A stretch of 64,000 bases of DNA from assembly GCF_036321535.1 (NCBI RefSeq), contig NC_087436.1:100380001-100444000 (forward strand). The letters are read 5' to 3'. This DNA is from Camelus dromedarius. Its lineage: Eukaryota. This document shows, one piece after another, positions 61,438-64,000 of the stretch (its first letter is position 1; every line of letters starts with the position of its first letter). The position numbers and the translations under genes were made by a program. Below the pieces are notes generated by a model, which ran no database searches, was not told the origin of the DNA, and saw only the letters and a list, made by a program, of their open reading frames with translations.

Positions 61438-64000
61438 AACATTTACCCATCCACTAAATAGGCAGGCAAATCTGTCAGTTGTCACACGATGAACCTATTG
61501 GAAATAGCTTGGGAATTATATTTAAGTACAGATTAATTTGGAGACAATTCACATGTTTACAACTTTAAATTTTCTTATACAAGGAAACGGTATAAAATCA
61601 TTTGGGTCATTTTATATTCTTTAATAAAATTTTATATATTTCTAGCCTAGACTTATCAGTCCATTACTAGATATTTTACAGCTTTTGTGCTATTATGAAT
61701 AGGCCCTTTTATTTTCACTATGTTTTTAAATTTATAGCCAGTATCAAGATGTTTTTCTATATCTACCACTTGTATCTGCCCATATTTTCATTTTTTTTTA
61801 CTATCTTATTTGAATACTTTGATTTTTTTTTAAATAAGGAGACAATTTTTAGGGAGAATATCTTCTTTTCTCTGAAAATATGTCCTTCCATTTACAAGTG
61901 GCTCTCCCAGAATAACACTCCTGGACTTCCTTTGGCCTCTTATTCTTTCATTTGCAGGGGAAAAATAACTTAATCTGTGTGATAAGTTTGGAAAAAGAAA
62001 ATGTGTATCATATATTAGTTGATTTCTCTTGAGAGGGAGTGTATACATACATATTTATACATGCAGTGTTTCCCTTAATTGCACTTAGTCACTTGGTAAG
62101 CTCAGGGTATAAGCTCTGCCCAAGCCGAAGCACAGCATGACTTCTGACAAGGTGTGTAAATCTATTTCTAAGTTTCTGCAAAAGCAATGGCATATACTGT
62201 AATTAGAACCACCATCCACCGTTCTCCAGTATCAAGTTTCTTGGTAGTAAAGGTGCTATATTTCTCTCTCAATCTGTTACATTCCTGTTTCTCTCTCAAT
62301 ATCTTCAGCAGTCAGGTGAGGAAGATGAGTTACTAATTGAATGCCCAAGTAATCTACTGAGATAGAGATAATCTATAATTATTGATTATTTTTTCTTATT
62401 TTATTCTTGTCTTATTGCAATGAATATGATTACTAGTAAAATTGTGAAGAATAGTCACACTAAGAAACCTTCTTGTTACTGGGGTAGTTCTGAGGTTAAA
62501 ACATAAAAATGTATTTTCTATAAGCTTCTAATAGATAGTATTTATCAATTTTAGACTATTTTATTTTTAAATTTGCTTTTAAACATGATCATATTGCAAT
62601 GAACATAAGTCAATTTATCTCCTTTATTATGTTAATTTAATGATTTTCTTTAATATACTGAAATTTTTGTAATATTTAGATAAATTATGTGTGTACACAA
62701 AACATATATATTGTAAAGGCAAAAATGTTATGGTGGGTTCTACGAATAAGACAAATTTGTAAATCTGCTATGGCTGACACTTCATTAGCTATCTTTTTAG
62801 GTAACATTTAATGATATAGAATTAATAAAATAGTAATTAAAAAATATTTCTATCTACCATATCTCACTTCCTTGTTCTCCTTCTTATTCACATGTGTTCT
62901 TGAAAAATTGCTTTCAATGGAAATAACTTTATAATTCCATAAATATTACTGTAATTTCCCATTTTGTATTCATTCAGTATTATTTTTTAAAAATATACAT
63001 CCAAGTTGCTACATAGTTGCTTCAAATTTGTACACATTACTCCATGATATGCATCCAGTGGTGGCTATGTAAGACGTGTGTCTTATCAGATATTAATGCC
63101 ATAAACATTTTCCTATCTGTCCTCCTGTGAAATATGAAAAAACTGCTTCAGGATATAAATTAATGATTGGAATTTCTACAATAAACTTACATGGATATGA
63201 GTAGATGTACTAGGTTATTCAAAATTTCTTCACAAGCCTTCATCCTCAGCAGTAGGACATGAATATTTATGGTACCATCTAGTTTCCTAATTTTTGCTGC
63301 TCCAGTAGCCTAATAGGTCTTCTCCATCATAACATAAATTTCATACCTCTGATTTCCAAGCATTCTAAGCATTTCTTCAAAATCATATTAACATTTTGTT
63401 TCTTTTCCCATAGATTTCCTTACTTGCATAAATTGTAATGTTCTTATTTTTCACACATTTTTCTATTAGGATTGATGTTTCTTCTTGTTGCTGATATATA
63501 TGATTGCAAGACCTTAAAGATTTTTAAAATTGTAAATGTCTTCTCTCATTTTGCCATCTTCTCTTACGTTTAGTGTTTATAAGACAGAAGTCTTTAACTT
63601 TGGTATAATTTAATTCATTATTCTGTGCCATATGATCTGACTTTAGAAATTAAGAGGTTTTTCCCTACTTTGTGTGAAAATACAATAATAAAATAATATT
63701 ATATATTTTAACTAAGTTGATTGTAAACCTTGATTCTTTGGTAAGATAATTTTTTGAACAAATCTAACTCTTTAATATGCCAATTTAGTTTGTAAATCTG
63801 GCTTTCTAGTCTGTCTGACTTTATAAAATATTACTACTAATTCTAGAAACAGTTGAAAAATTAATAACATTTATAGCAAAGTAGAGCTGAGGATTTGAAA
63901 GTCACACAATGGAAGCCCTTGTTTCTTATTATTACCTTGTGAGATTCCTTGTGTGTCTCAATTCTGTGTAAAGCTGAATTCTACACACACCCCACCCACC

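Larger units (their letters stand above)
59600..63700 (-). mobile_element. Scattered old L1ME-like fragments
   Basis: T-rich tracts with antisense L1 motifs (TTTTTGCCATTCTGA; CATTGAATAGTCCATC; GATTAATTTGGAGA; CATCCTCAGCAGT; GCATTTCTTCA). Confidence 0.5.

Noticed and set aside
286..62048. The supplied 60-137 aa ORFs as protein-coding genes
   Set aside because: They are short, often use non-ATG starts, have F/L/I/K/S-biased composition expected from AT-rich DNA, and many lie in transposons or microsatellites (e.g. 20701-21178 in MLT1D, 36689-36937 and 39814-40080 in L1 3' UTRs, 32961-33271 in the CCTT tract). None resembles a protein I recognise.
1..64000. CRISPR array, operon or other prokaryotic/viral system; intact provirus or active transposon
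   Set aside because: The sequence is clearly mammalian. There is no regularly spaced repeat-spacer array, no long ORF, no paired LTRs around internal gag/pol, and all L1 copies are truncated.

Overview
This is AT-rich, CpG-depleted mammalian genomic DNA with no CpG island and no recognisable protein-coding gene, rRNA or genuine tRNA. It looks like a gene desert or a very large intron. Three tRNA-Ala-derived SINEs of the Vic-1 type and several matching L1 3' ends point to a camelid (camel/llama/alpaca) or related cetartiodactyl. Much of the window is interspersed repeat: L1 (young lineage-specific plus old L1MA/MC/ME-like), L2, MIR, MaLR LTRs (MLT1A/D/E/H/K-L/M-like), ERVL LTRs (LTR16, MLT2), one intact ERV1 solo LTR, and DNA transposons (MER58A, MER3, MER47/Tigger5, MER112-like). 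Family names come from my recall of consensus sequences, not from a RepeatMasker run, so subfamily labels and boundaries are approximate. The supplied ORFs look like chance ORFs. I found no convincing novel biological system. The best leads are two repeat-free segments dense in developmental TF motifs (~22.6 kb and ~38.1-38.9 kb), a degenerate tRNA-like/LF-SINE-like head at ~43.15 kb, a CpG-retaining candidate exon or transposase relic at ~34.8 kb, an unexplained ~45-bp direct repeat 1.6 kb apart, a perfect G-quadruplex motif at 57.37 kb, and a triple-nested LTR.
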